A DNA stretch of 64,000 nucleotides. Source: an uncultured Clostridia bacterium (GTDB lineage Bacteria; Bacillota; Clostridia; TANB77; CAG-508). Positions 11,267 to 21,572 of the stretch are shown in pieces (position 1 is the first letter of the stretch; every line of letters starts with the position of its first letter). Both the position numbers and the translations under genes were made by a program. Below the pieces are notes generated by a model. It had not been told where the DNA came from and did not search any database. It saw only the letters and a list, made by a program, of their open reading frames with translations. The DNA is taken from positions 4,264 to 68,263 of the forward strand of contig CASYFC010000010.1 of assembly GCA_949482135.1 (NCBI GenBank), in the 5' to 3' direction.

Positions 11267-12967
11267 ATGAATATAGTCACAGAAAAGGAAGTTAATGGCC
11301 GTTTAATAGATGGAATGCAAACAATTTTAACACTAAATGATCAAGATTTTGATAGATTATTAGAAGAGTTAGTTCCACCAAAAGAAAAAGAATATTTAGA
11401 TACTATACGTTTTTATTATGTTACAGATCAATCAGAATGTCCCAATAATCCTATTCAACTAGGATTAGAAAAAACTTTTGAAAGTGGTAAATTTATAGGT
11501 AGATCATATTATGGGGCAAAAAAAGTTCCAACATATGAATTATTTTATCATTTCGAAAAGTTATTATCTAATTTTGATTCTCATTCTAAAAATTATAAAA
11601 GAATTGTAGATTTATTAAAAACAAGAGATGTTAAAGCATTTAAACAAAGTCTATTAGAGAGAGGAATAGCAGATCAGGAATTATTAGATAAAGTTTTTGA
11701 AATTTTATCAGATGAAGAAATTTTTAAGAGATTTCTTGATTTTGAAAATAATAAAGAAGAATTTAATATAGATGGAAAACCAAGAAAAATTTCCGAATAT
11801 TTAAAATGTTTAGGAAGTATTTTCGGGCAAAAAACTTCTGTGGGTCAACTAGAGAAAAGTAATGATATTTATAATAATTATTACATTCCAAATTTTTATG
11901 ATTTACAAGAAAGATACATAAAAATATTTGATAGTTATAATATGGATAGATATGTAAATCCGCTATATGAATTTAGAAGTTTTAATTCATTAGCATATAT
12001 TCATGATAGAATAATTAGAAAAGATGAAGAACCAGATTGGCAAATTAATGCAGAACTTCGTGAGGCAGTATATAAAGAGTTTCCTGAAGATGGTACTCTA
12101 GAAGAAAAAGTTATGCATATTTATTGCAAGCTATGTCAACATCTACAATATGATGAAGGATATTTTTATAAAGATAAATTACCTGAAGAGTGTTATCAAC
12201 ATACATTTTCACAGGAACATTTAGAAGCTATAAAACCAGATTCACCAATTACATGTTGGGACTTTTCTAGAATATGTAGTAAAATGATTAACGAATTGGA
12301 AGGAGATATTGAAGCTGTAATACTTTCAAAAGGTGAGAATCAAGGTCATTTTGCGGTTGGATTTTATACAGATAAAGTTTCAGCTATATTAGAGGCAATT
12401 AATGCTAAATCTAAAGGAACAAACGATTTAATGAAAGCTAAAAATGGAATTGAATTAGAAGGCGTTGAAATTGTTTCAGATAGACAAGGGTTAATTGATA
12501 AAGCTCTAAAAAGTGTATATCCAAAAGTTTTAGGAAGAAATCAAATTAATATAATTAAATATATGATGAGTTTAAAGGCTCTTCCAGAAACTGTTGTTGA
12601 AGATAATTTGGAAAAGAAAATACAAGCATTTGTTGATGTAATGAGAGAAAATAATATTCATGGTAATGAAGCCATGCAAGCATTGAATGTATATTATAAT
12701 ACTGGTTTTTTTGGAGAAAAACTAAAAAAAGCATATGTAGGAAGGGAGCTTGTAAATTCTGAACAAATAAGATTTAAAAGAAGTGTATTAATTGTTCCTA
12801 AAATCGAAAGTATGTTGCTAGATACAGTTGTTTATTCAATAGATACGCAAAGTTTAAAATTATCAACACATACTGCACAAGATATTATAAATAGTTTAAA
12901 TTCAGGGGAACTTGTATATGAAGATAAAAAACATACATTACCAGATGTAGATGGAGAAGGAAGATAA
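11267..12967 (+). CDS. Hypothetical 566-aa protein with putative transglutaminase/papain-like Cys-His-acid core
   Basis: IYCKLCQHLQYDE..ITCWDFSRI..QGHFAVGF..ILEA ordering; GGAG RBS. Confidence 0.55.
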   Translation: MNIVTEKEVNGRLIDGMQTILTLNDQDFDRLLEELVPPKEKEYLDTIRFYYVTDQSECPNNPIQLGLEKTFESGKFIGRSYYGAKKVPTYELFYHFEKLLSNFDSHSKNYKRIVDLLKTRDVKAFKQSLLERGIADQELLDKVFEILSDEEIFKRFLDFENNKEEFNIDGKPRKISEYLKCLGSIFGQKTSVGQLEKSNDIYNNYYIPNFYDLQERYIKIFDSYNMDRYVNPLYEFRSFNSLAYIHDRIIRKDEEPDWQINAELREAVYKEFPEDGTLEEKVMHIYCKLCQHLQYDEGYFYKDKLPEECYQHTFSQEHLEAIKPDSPITCWDFSRICSKMINELEGDIEAVILSKGENQGHFAVGFYTDKVSAILEAINAKSKGTNDLMKAKNGIELEGVEIVSDRQGLIDKALKSVYPKVLGRNQINIIKYMMSLKALPETVVEDNLEKKIQAFVDVMRENNIHGNEAMQALNVYYNTGFFGEKLKKAYVGRELVNSEQIRFKRSVLIVPKIESMLLDTVVYSIDTQSLKLSTHTAQDIINSLNSGELVYEDKKHTLPDVDGEGR

Positions 12968-13191
12968 TGAAATTAGATGATATAAAATTAATGAATGATA
13001 CAATGATAAAATATTTAGAGTCTATGGGTAAATCAACAGAAAGAAATGAAATAATAAAACACATATTAGAAGATGATGACTGCTTTCGAAAGCTATCAAA
13101 AGAAGATGCAGTCATTGTTTTAAGAGATGTTGGTATATCAGATGAAAAAATTGATGTCGTATACTTAAATCTTGTGTCAATAAACAATTAA
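12967..13191 (+). CDS. Small acidic hypothetical protein translationally coupled to upstream gene
   Basis: TAATG stop/start overlap at 12965-12969. Confidence 0.75.
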   Translation: MKLDDIKLMNDTMIKYLESMGKSTERNEIIKHILEDDDCFRKLSKEDAVIVLRDVGISDEKIDVVYLNLVSINN

Positions 13192-13236
13192 TAAACATAA
13201 TATATAGCATAATTGTTATACGAAAAGGAGGAGATT

Positions 13237-13569
13237 ATGCTTGAAATTATTGTTTATGGCCTTATATGGTGTTTTGCTTTATATGGAATTTTAGTAATGA
13301 TACAGGAATTAACAAGAAAAAGTACATATAAAAAAATTGAAGAAAATGTAAAACTTATAATGACTGTAAAAAACGTAGAAGATGGAATAGAAAATTATGT
13401 AAGAGAACTATCTATGGGAAGAAACTTTTATAATAATTTAGTTATTATAGATTTGAATTCTACTGATGAGACACTATCAATTTTAAGAGAATTGGAAAAG
13501 GAGAATATTAATTTAAAAATCTTAACAGAACTAGAAGGAAAAGATTATTTAGAAAATCAAATTGAGTGA
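13237..13569 (+). CDS. Membrane-anchored protein with GT2-like N-terminal fold fragment
   Basis: N-terminal TM helix; VKNVEDGIE and IIDLNSTDET resemble GT-A motifs; AGGAGG RBS before ATG 13237. Confidence 0.6.
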   Translation: MLEIIVYGLIWCFALYGILVMIQELTRKSTYKKIEENVKLIMTVKNVEDGIENYVRELSMGRNFYNNLVIIDLNSTDETLSILRELEKENINLKILTELEGKDYLENQIE

Positions 13570-13580
13570 ATAGATTAATA

Positions 13581-13619
13581 AAAAAAGAAATGCTATTTTA
13601 GAAGTAGCATTTCTTTTTT
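13581..13619. terminator. Bidirectional intrinsic terminator
   Basis: AAAAAAGAAATGCTA..TAGCATTTCTTTTTT between convergent genes. Confidence 0.85.
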
Positions 13620-15069
13620 AACGAATTTCATCGTCAGTAACTATTTTAGGCGTATTTATTTTTATAGTTTGTTTGCCTTTTTGTCTATCTTCAGAAGTTT
13701 CTACAACATAAATTTCAACAACTGGTTTAGAAGATGCAGATGTATTTCTACTTAGAGATAATATACTATCTGTTGCATTAGAAGCTTCTAATATAGATTG
13801 GTATGTTTCCTTACCACTAGATAATTTTTCTAAATCAGCAGTAGATAAGAATATAGGTGTTATGAAATTGTCAACAACTGTTAATTGGTTAGGTTCGTCT
13901 GAAACTTCAAGTCCATGATTTGGATGATAGAATATACGTTTCTTACCATCTATAATTGCTTCTCTTTCATAACTTGTGAATGTATCTCTAAAATCTACTA
14001 AAGATATATCTCTTAAATAAACTCCATTAGGGTCATATATTCTTAAGAATGGAACGTGTCCAAAGTGTTTTCTACAAGATTCTTCTAAGTTTAAAGATTT
14101 AAATCTATTATTTTCTTTACTATATTCTATATAAAATGGAATGGATAATCTGTGATAACTACCAAGTTTTTTATAATTGTCATGACAAAATGTACCATGT
14201 TCAGCTTCATCATTCATTTCTATTGTTCTGATTTGATATTCAAAAGAATATTCGGTTCTTAGTGGTGGAATTATATGGGGTGGAAGTGTAGGTTTATTTA
14301 CAGAAGAAGAATATTCTGGTGTTGCACAAACATGATAACTTTGATATCCAGTATCTTTTGGATGATCTACATAATTTTTTACATAAGGTACTAAATAATC
14401 AGGTAACCTATCTGGATTTCCATCTGCTCTCATTTTTTGTAATTTTTGTGGGTGATTTTTAGTATTTACAGGTATAAATTTATAATTATTTTCTTCAGCC
14501 GCCATTCTAATTCCATGAAAATCTAATAAATCAACAAGAATATCTTGTAAGAAATCTAATTCTGCTGATTCTCCTAAGTCTTTTATTTCTTGTGGAGGAT
14601 TTACAATAATTCTTACTCCCATAAAATCTCTTAGACTTTCATTTAAATATCTTAAATCTGTTTCGTTTTCTAAGTATTCCTCAATTTTATCTTTTATTTT
14701 TTCAATAGCACTTATAGGTGATTTTATTCTACCATTTATTGTTATAACACGAGGTAGAGTTATATCACTTGGATTATATTTTTGTGATAAATAATCATAA
14801 TCTTTTTTCATATTTATTAAAGAGTGATTTAAAAAAGTAGGACCTGTTGAAAAATCAGATGCAGATGAATAAAGAATACTTTTATAGTAATCTAATGCAT
14901 TATAGACAGCAGAATAAACCTCTCTGTTTTTTTTAGGAACAAGAGGGTTTCTTAAATATTTTTCTATATTTCTCTTTAATAATTTTATTGCATCAGAAGG
15001 GTGTCCAGCATAGTGCCTAAGATTTAAATCAACTTCTGGAACTTCCCAAAATCTCTTTTCATCAGACAT
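13618..15069 (-). CDS. Stand-alone RelA/SpoT-type (p)ppGpp synthetase-domain protein
   Basis: GRIKS..SAIEK, DFMGVRII, KNYV..PK.TGYQSYH, EYQIRT, H..YK motifs; no HD hydrolase/TGS/ACT seen; ATG 15069 has GGAG RBS. Confidence 0.85.
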   Translation of the reverse strand: MSDEKRFWEVPEVDLNLRHYAGHPSDAIKLLKRNIEKYLRNPLVPKKNREVYSAVYNALDYYKSILYSSASDFSTGPTFLNHSLINMKKDYDYLSQKYNPSDITLPRVITINGRIKSPISAIEKIKDKIEEYLENETDLRYLNESLRDFMGVRIIVNPPQEIKDLGESAELDFLQDILVDLLDFHGIRMAAEENNYKFIPVNTKNHPQKLQKMRADGNPDRLPDYLVPYVKNYVDHPKDTGYQSYHVCATPEYSSSVNKPTLPPHIIPPLRTEYSFEYQIRTIEMNDEAEHGTFCHDNYKKLGSYHRLSIPFYIEYSKENNRFKSLNLEESCRKHFGHVPFLRIYDPNGVYLRDISLVDFRDTFTSYEREAIIDGKKRIFYHPNHGLEVSDEPNQLTVVDNFITPIFLSTADLEKLSSGKETYQSILEASNATDSILSLSRNTSASSKPVVEIYVVETSEDRQKGKQTIKINTPKIVTDDEIR

Positions 15070-15272
15070 TAATTTACTCCTAATCTTTAAAAATACGAAA
15101 TTCAATCTAAATTATAGCATAAATGTGCTTAAAATTCAATATTTATAAGCATTTTATTTGTATTTTAATAAATTAGTTTATAAGTTAAAACTAATTAGAG
15201 TGCTTGAAGATATTCGATTATAGTGATATAATATTTTTGCAAAATTTAAATATATAAAAAGGAATAAGAAAT

Positions 15273-16502
15273 ATGAAAAAAATAGAATTATTAGCACCAG
15301 CAGGGTCATTTGAAAAAGCAAAAATCGCATTTATGTATGGAGCAGATGCTGTATACTGTGGAACTCCAAAATTATCATTACGTTCAAGATCAGAAATACA
15401 AGATAATGATTTAGAAAAAACAATAAATTATGCGCACAGTATAGGAAAAAGAGTACATGTTGCAATAAATATTTTTGCATGGGACGAAACATATGAAGAA
15501 ATAAAGCTACAGGCAGCAGAGCTAAATAGGTTAAAGGTTGATGCAATTATTGTTGCTGATGGCGGGGTTGTTGATATAATTAGAGAATATGCTCCAGACA
15601 CAGAAATACATATAAGTACTCAAGCAAATACTGTAAGTTATCATACTTGTAAATTCTGGCAAAGAAATGGTGCTAAAAGAATTATTTTAGGTAGAGAATT
15701 AAATAAACAGCAAATAAGAGATATTATGAAAAATAAACCAGAAGGCCTAGATATAGAGATGTTTGGGCATGGAGCATTATGCTTTGGATATTCTGGAAGA
15801 TGTTTCTTAAGTGAATTTTTGGCACAAAGAAATGGTAATTTAGGGGATTGTGCTCAAAGCTGTAGATGGGCATATAATGTTTATGTTGAAGAAACTAATA
15901 ATCCAGGAAACTTAATGCCAGTGGAAACTGATGAAAAAGGTACATACATATTTTCTTCCAAAGATTTATGCTTAATAAAAGAAATTCCAGATATTATAGA
16001 TATGGGAGTAGATAGTTTAAAAATTGAAGGAAGATTAAAAACAGAATATTATGTCGCAACAGTTGTAAATGCCTATAGAAATGCAATAGATGACTACATG
16101 AAAGATCCAGAACATTATGATGCAGAAAAATATTTAGTAGAATTAGAAAAAACCAAAACAAGAGGTCTTACAACATTTTTCTTTAATGATAGAAATAATA
16201 AAGATTTTCAAGATTATTCTGGACGTCAATACAATAGTGATTATGAATTTGGTGGAAAAGTAATAGAAGAAAAAGATGATAAAGTATTAATAGAAATAAG
16301 AAATAAGTTAAGTATTGGAGACACTTTAGAATTAATAATTCCAGGTGAAATAAAACCGTTAGTATTTAATATAGACAAACTATGGGATGCAGATACAATA
16401 GAAGAAATTACAACAGTAAATCCAGGAGTAAAAGAGCAGAAAGTAATATTAAAAATTCCTGCAAAAGTGAAAGAAGGTTGGATTATAAGAAGAAAAAAAT
16501 AG
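15273..16502 (+). CDS. U32-family protein (TrhP-like, probable tRNA hydroxylation)
   Basis: ELLAPAGS, HISTQAN, HGALC..YSGRC..N.G.CAQSCRW, SLKIEGR. Confidence 0.92.
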   Translation: MKKIELLAPAGSFEKAKIAFMYGADAVYCGTPKLSLRSRSEIQDNDLEKTINYAHSIGKRVHVAINIFAWDETYEEIKLQAAELNRLKVDAIIVADGGVVDIIREYAPDTEIHISTQANTVSYHTCKFWQRNGAKRIILGRELNKQQIRDIMKNKPEGLDIEMFGHGALCFGYSGRCFLSEFLAQRNGNLGDCAQSCRWAYNVYVEETNNPGNLMPVETDEKGTYIFSSKDLCLIKEIPDIIDMGVDSLKIEGRLKTEYYVATVVNAYRNAIDDYMKDPEHYDAEKYLVELEKTKTRGLTTFFFNDRNNKDFQDYSGRQYNSDYEFGGKVIEEKDDKVLIEIRNKLSIGDTLELIIPGEIKPLVFNIDKLWDADTIEEITTVNPGVKEQKVILKIPAKVKEGWIIRRKK

Positions 16503-16516
16503 GATAGGAGAATACT

Positions 16517-18874
16517 ATGTTGGAGCTTTTATTACTAATTATTTTCATAGCTTATGTATATAATACTAATAAAAAAGTTGAAAAATTAGAAAAAGAAAAT
16601 TTACTGTTAAAAAAGGAGATAAAGAAGCTAAAAGAAGTTAATTTAGAAATTAATGTTGAAGATAATGCTATTGCAAATACAGTAGTTTCTACTCCAAAAA
16701 CAGAAGAAAAAATTTTGACGGAAGAAGAAAAACAGAAAATAAAGTTAAAGAAAAAAGTAGAAGAGCAGGAAAGAAAAAACACAAGTATATTAATAACAGG
16801 AGCTATATTAATAGTTCTTTCAGCAATTGTATTTTTAACTTCTGCATGGAATTCAATTCCAAATTTAATTAAAACATGTGTAATTATATTGTTAGTGGGG
16901 GTATTTTTAGGAGCAAGTAAAATTGCAAAAGAAAAATTTAATTTAGATAAAACTAGTAGTACATTTTTCCATATTGCAATGGCATATATACCAATATGTT
17001 TAATATCATGTTCTGTATTTGCATTATTTGGTGAATATCTATCAATTTATGGAGAAGGAAGCTTTATATATCTTACATTTGTAATGATATTAACCTCAGT
17101 AATATATTATATAAATTATAAAAGGAAACAATCAATAGGATTATTGTGTTCAAGTATTTTATCACAGATATCTGCTGTAATATTAGGCACTTTAATTTTT
17201 GAACCTAGTTTAAAATTAATAATTATCAATATATTAATATATAATATTACTGCAATACTATTGTCTAAAAACAGTAGTATTGCAGAAATTAGTTTTATAC
17301 AATATATAACAAAAGCAATTCCATATATTACAACATTATTTATAGTAGTAAGTTTAAGCGATATTTCAATGTTAACACTTTTAATGTTAATACTGCTTGA
17401 TATAAATTATTTGCTAAATTATATTAAAGATAAAAAGGCGATACTAGACTGTTACTTATTTAATATAATTATATATATGATTGGATTGTATTTAACATAC
17501 AATTTTGAAGGTTTGAATGAATCATTTAAACTAGTTTTGGAAATGTGCTATGTTTTAATTGTTTTCTTAATTGAAAGAATGGTTGTAAAAACATATAAAG
17601 ACAAAAACTTGGAAAAATCATCTATGATAGTTAGTATTTTAGCAATTGCAGGAGTATATTTAGAAAGTTACGAATATGTAGATATATTCATAAAACCATA
17701 TATGATAGCTATAGTGGAAGAATTATTTTTAATATTTGCATTTATTGGATCAAAGGAAACTGGTAAAAAAATATTAAGCTATTTGATACCAAGCTGTTTT
17801 ATATTAATAGGTGTTAATTTATTAAGTGAGCTGGATGTGACATATCATTATTATATAATCTTTTCAATTATAACTTTTATAATTGGAGAAATGATAAATC
17901 ATAAAGAATTACAAAAGGGATTTTTCGTAATATCAAATATTTGGCTTGTAATAACATATATAGTAGCATTGGTATTTGATTTTAAAGAATTTTCAAATGA
18001 TGTTATATACTTTATGGGATTACTTGCAATTTATGTTTATAACTATTTTAAATATCCAAATTATAAATTGTTTAAATATTTATCTTATGTTGTAGGATAT
18101 ATAGTTTTAAGTTCAATAGCGGAGTTTTTAGAATTAAAAGATGATGCATTAATATTAGTTCCCCTTGTACCAACTATAGTTATAACAATGCTAGAATATA
18201 AGAATAATAAAAAAATTACTATGGATACAATTTTTTCAGCAATATTTTTATGGATGACAATGGATTTTGTAGAAAGCAAAATCATGAATGCAGATTTAAT
18301 AAATGAAATCTTATGTTTAATTTGGTCTGGATCACATATGTATATTTTTACGAGTACAAAAAGTAAAGATATATTTAAAGTAATTGTTTATTTCTGTTCA
18401 TTAGAACTATATAACACTATTTTAGGAATTTTAGAAATAGGACCATATACTGCATTTTCAATGATAGGATTTACAATTTTTGCACTTGCATGTAGTAAAA
18501 CAATCTTAAAAAAATATGTAAAAGAAATAGATATAGTAGAATATATAGCTTTTTCAATAATATATTTGATGGCATTATCAATGTATGTTAATGAAAAAGA
18601 TGGAATGATTTATGTTTTTGCGTTAGTTTGTTTAGTAGCATATAGTTATATGAAAAAATATGGTGCATTATTTATTGTAACAATATTAGCAATTATAGTT
18701 AACGCATTAGCATTAACTAGAGAATTTTGGTTCAGTATACCATGGTGGATGTATTTATTAGTAATAGGTGTTACACTAATTGTATTTGCTATGAAAAACG
18801 AATCAGATACTAACAAAGAAAAACTTACAGTAGGAATGCTATTAAAAAAAGTAAAAGATAATATAGAAAAATAA
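16517..18874 (+). CDS. Large polytopic membrane protein of unknown function
   Basis: N-terminal coiled coil followed by many hydrophobic segments. Confidence 0.8.
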   Translation: MLELLLLIIFIAYVYNTNKKVEKLEKENLLLKKEIKKLKEVNLEINVEDNAIANTVVSTPKTEEKILTEEEKQKIKLKKKVEEQERKNTSILITGAILIVLSAIVFLTSAWNSIPNLIKTCVIILLVGVFLGASKIAKEKFNLDKTSSTFFHIAMAYIPICLISCSVFALFGEYLSIYGEGSFIYLTFVMILTSVIYYINYKRKQSIGLLCSSILSQISAVILGTLIFEPSLKLIIINILIYNITAILLSKNSSIAEISFIQYITKAIPYITTLFIVVSLSDISMLTLLMLILLDINYLLNYIKDKKAILDCYLFNIIIYMIGLYLTYNFEGLNESFKLVLEMCYVLIVFLIERMVVKTYKDKNLEKSSMIVSILAIAGVYLESYEYVDIFIKPYMIAIVEELFLIFAFIGSKETGKKILSYLIPSCFILIGVNLLSELDVTYHYYIIFSIITFIIGEMINHKELQKGFFVISNIWLVITYIVALVFDFKEFSNDVIYFMGLLAIYVYNYFKYPNYKLFKYLSYVVGYIVLSSIAEFLELKDDALILVPLVPTIVITMLEYKNNKKITMDTIFSAIFLWMTMDFVESKIMNADLINEILCLIWSGSHMYIFTSTKSKDIFKVIVYFCSLELYNTILGILEIGPYTAFSMIGFTIFALACSKTILKKYVKEIDIVEYIAFSIIYLMALSMYVNEKDGMIYVFALVCLVAYSYMKKYGALFIVTILAIIVNALALTREFWFSIPWWMYLLVIGVTLIVFAMKNESDTNKEKLTVGMLLKKVKDNIEK

Positions 18875-18877
18875 AAC

Positions 18878-19007
18878 TTGATTTTTTATAAAGATGCAGT
18901 TATAATATTAACATTCTAATAAATTTCAAAAGAATTTCAGAAAATAGGGGCAAAACAAAATAACAAGAAATTGCTATTTTGTTTTGCCTTTTCATTTTAT
19001 TTTTTTT
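18878..19007 (+). ncRNA. Candidate small RNA (orphan promoter plus terminator)
   Basis: TTGATT-17-TATAAT at 18878-18906, then GGCAAAACAAAATA..TATTTTGTTTTGCC hairpin and T-run; no + strand gene downstream. Confidence 0.35.
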
Positions 19008-19188
19008 CAAAGTACTTTTGTACGTCTTATTAAAAATATATTTATTTTTATTCTTATTAGATTTTCAATATTTAATAGCTTTTTTCTTTTGAATAAAAAT
19101 TAGAATATTAGTACTGTAATAAACAGGAAAATTTAGCGTTTTAAAAGCAAAAATGCGTGTAGTTTATACACGCATTTTGCAATATATT

Positions 19189-19935
19189 TTAACATAAATC
19201 ATTCATATTATATAATCCTGGATTTTTATGAACTAGATACATAGCAGCTTTTACAGCACCACTTGCAAAAACAGCTCTAGAAGTTACATTATGAGTGATT
19301 TCTAAGCTTTCATTATCTCCAAAGAAAATAACAGAATGTTTTCCAGCTTCATTTCCACCTCTAATAGAGTGAATACCGATTTCTTTTTTATTTCTTTTTT
19401 CACGTTTTCCATGTCTGTTATATTCATAGTACATTGTATTATCTAGGGCCTGATTAATACTATCTGCAAGAATTAAAGCTGTACCACTTGGACTATCTAT
19501 TTTTCTGTTGTGATGTGTTTCTATAATTTCAATATCTGAATTGGATAGTTTTTTTGCAAGTTCAGCAACAAGTTTTGAAAGCAGATTAACTTCATAAGAC
19601 ATATTAGGTGATCTAAAAATTGGGAATTCTTTTGAATATTTTTCGATTTTTTCTAAATCCATATCAGATAATCCTGTTGTTGCAATAACAGTAGGAATTT
19701 TATTTTTTCTTGCATATTCTAATATATTCATTGTAGATATAGGAACAGAAAAATCAATTATTACATCTGGTAATAAATCTATACTATTAGTATCTGTAAA
19801 AACAGGGAATAGGTTGTCACCTGTATCTGTTCTATCAACTCCGCAAAGAATTTCGATATCTGGAGTTTTTCTTATTTCTTTTGCAACTTCTTGTCCCATC
19901 TTTCCGTTACAACCATTTATCAATACTTTTACCAT
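19189..19935 (-). CDS. dapB: 4-hydroxy-tetrahydrodipicolinate reductase
   Basis: GCNGKMG, IDFS, ATTG, ETHHNRKIDSPSGTA. Confidence 0.97.
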   Translation of the reverse strand: MVKVLINGCNGKMGQEVAKEIRKTPDIEILCGVDRTDTGDNLFPVFTDTNSIDLLPDVIIDFSVPISTMNILEYARKNKIPTVIATTGLSDMDLEKIEKYSKEFPIFRSPNMSYEVNLLSKLVAELAKKLSNSDIEIIETHHNRKIDSPSGTALILADSINQALDNTMYYEYNRHGKREKRNKKEIGIHSIRGGNEAGKHSVIFFGDNESLEITHNVTSRAVFASGAVKAAMYLVHKNPGLYNMNDLC

Positions 19936-19947
19936 TTTTTCTCCAAT

Positions 19948-20484
19948 CTATAAAAATTTAATTTTTTTTCGTAAAACTCTTAACATTTCACGAGAGGCAC
20001 AATATTTATCTACTAAAGTAACAATATAGCTTTCTCTATGAGAAGGAAGTTTTAATGTAAGTGGCCACATATGTTTAAGAATTATATCTTGTTCAAGTTC
20101 ATTAAGATCAAACAAATCTTTAGCATTATTTAAAGCAATTCTAGGGTGTCGAAACGCATGAAACTTTTTTTGACCTTCAACATTTTTATCTCTCCAATCA
20201 TAGTAATAAAAATCATGAAGCATTGCACCACGAGCAGCAGAGATATAATCTAGTTTTAGTCTTTTACAAATTGCATATGTATAAAAAGAAACACATAAAC
20301 AATGATAATATCTAGATTTATTTTTATGCTGAACGCGATTTTTTAGTGATAATACATTAGGATTTGTTGCGATATCACTAATTATAGATTTAAATTCATT
20401 TATACTAGGTTCAGATATAACTAAACTTTGATTATCTTTTGTAATTTCACTGTTCAAGATAAATACTCCTATCTTTTGGCACAT
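19948..20484 (-). CDS. HD-domain phosphohydrolase
   Basis: QH..SRYYH, LHDF, HAFRHP, HMWP, DKYC. Confidence 0.9.
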   Translation of the reverse strand: MCQKIGVFILNSEITKDNQSLVISEPSINEFKSIISDIATNPNVLSLKNRVQHKNKSRYYHCLCVSFYTYAICKRLKLDYISAARGAMLHDFYYYDWRDKNVEGQKKFHAFRHPRIALNNAKDLFDLNELEQDIILKHMWPLTLKLPSHRESYIVTLVDKYCASREMLRVLRKKIKFL

Positions 20485-20528
20485 ACTGAATATGTGATTA
20501 AATTTTTATTATAATTTATTTTAACATA

Positions 20529-21416
20529 TTATTTTATTAAACCAAATGTTAATAATTCACTTTTTAGTTTTTCTTTTCCAGGATTACTCATTTCAAGAAG
20601 AGGTAAACGAGGTGTTCCAACATTGTATCCAATCATATTTAAAGCAGCTTTAACAGGGATTGGATTTACTTCACAGAATAGTGCTTTAATTAGAGGAATA
20701 GCCTTTATTTGGCTATTAATAGATTCTTTTAAATTTCCTTTTTCAAAATTTTCTACAATATTATGAGTATATTCTGGTGCAATATTTGATAAAACTGAAA
20801 TAACACCAATTCCGCCAACTGCCAGAATAGAAGTTATTTGATCATCATTACCAGAATAGATATTTAAATTATCTTTGCAAAGATTTGCAATTTCAGCAAT
20901 TTGTGAAAGATTGCCACTAGCTTCTTTTATAGCAACAATATTTTCAATTTCAGATAATTTTTTGCAAGTTTGAGGCAAAATATTTACACCAGTTCTACTA
21001 GGAACACTATATAAAATTATAGGTAATTTTGTTTGAGTTGCAATAGTAGAATAGTGAGCAATTAAACCATCTTGAGTTGTTTTATTGTAGTAAGGAGTAA
21101 CTATTAAAGCTCCATCTACACCAATACTTTCAGCCCATTTTGTAAATTCAATTACTTGTGCTGTACAATTTCCACCAGTACCAGCGATTACTGGAATTCT
21201 TCCATTAACAGTTTTTACAGCAAATTCAATTGTTTGTTTTCTTTCATCAACAGTCATAGTTGAAGATTCACCAGTAGTTCCACAAACTATAATGCTATCT
21301 ACTTTGTTTGCAATTTGAGATTCGATTAATTTCTCAAATTGGTTAAAATTAACACCATTTTCATTAAAAGGTGTAACAATGGCTGTTCCACAGCCTTTAA
21401 AAATAACTTTTTTCAT
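20529..21416 (-). CDS. dapA: 4-hydroxy-tetrahydrodipicolinate synthase
   Basis: GTTGES, PYYNK, YSVPSRTG, IKEASG, NPIPVK. Confidence 0.98.
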   Translation of the reverse strand: MKKVIFKGCGTAIVTPFNENGVNFNQFEKLIESQIANKVDSIIVCGTTGESSTMTVDERKQTIEFAVKTVNGRIPVIAGTGGNCTAQVIEFTKWAESIGVDGALIVTPYYNKTTQDGLIAHYSTIATQTKLPIILYSVPSRTGVNILPQTCKKLSEIENIVAIKEASGNLSQIAEIANLCKDNLNIYSGNDDQITSILAVGGIGVISVLSNIAPEYTHNIVENFEKGNLKESINSQIKAIPLIKALFCEVNPIPVKAALNMIGYNVGTPRLPLLEMSNPGKEKLKSELLTFGLIK

Positions 21417-21537
21417 AAAAATTTCCTATCTTTAAAGAAACAAAATTCTTTAAAAGGTATTATAAATGTAAAAATATAATTATATTTTTACGATATCATT
21501 ATATGTTAAAATTCTCAAAAAATCAATTGAATTTAGG

Positions 21538-21566
21538 TGAATTTAGGGACGTTCCTTAAATTTCAC
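21538..21566. repeat. Short palindromic REP-like element, copy 1
   Basis: GAATTTAGGGACGTTCCTTAAATTTCA; near-identical copy at 63240. Confidence 0.65.
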
Positions 21567-21572
21567 TCAAAA

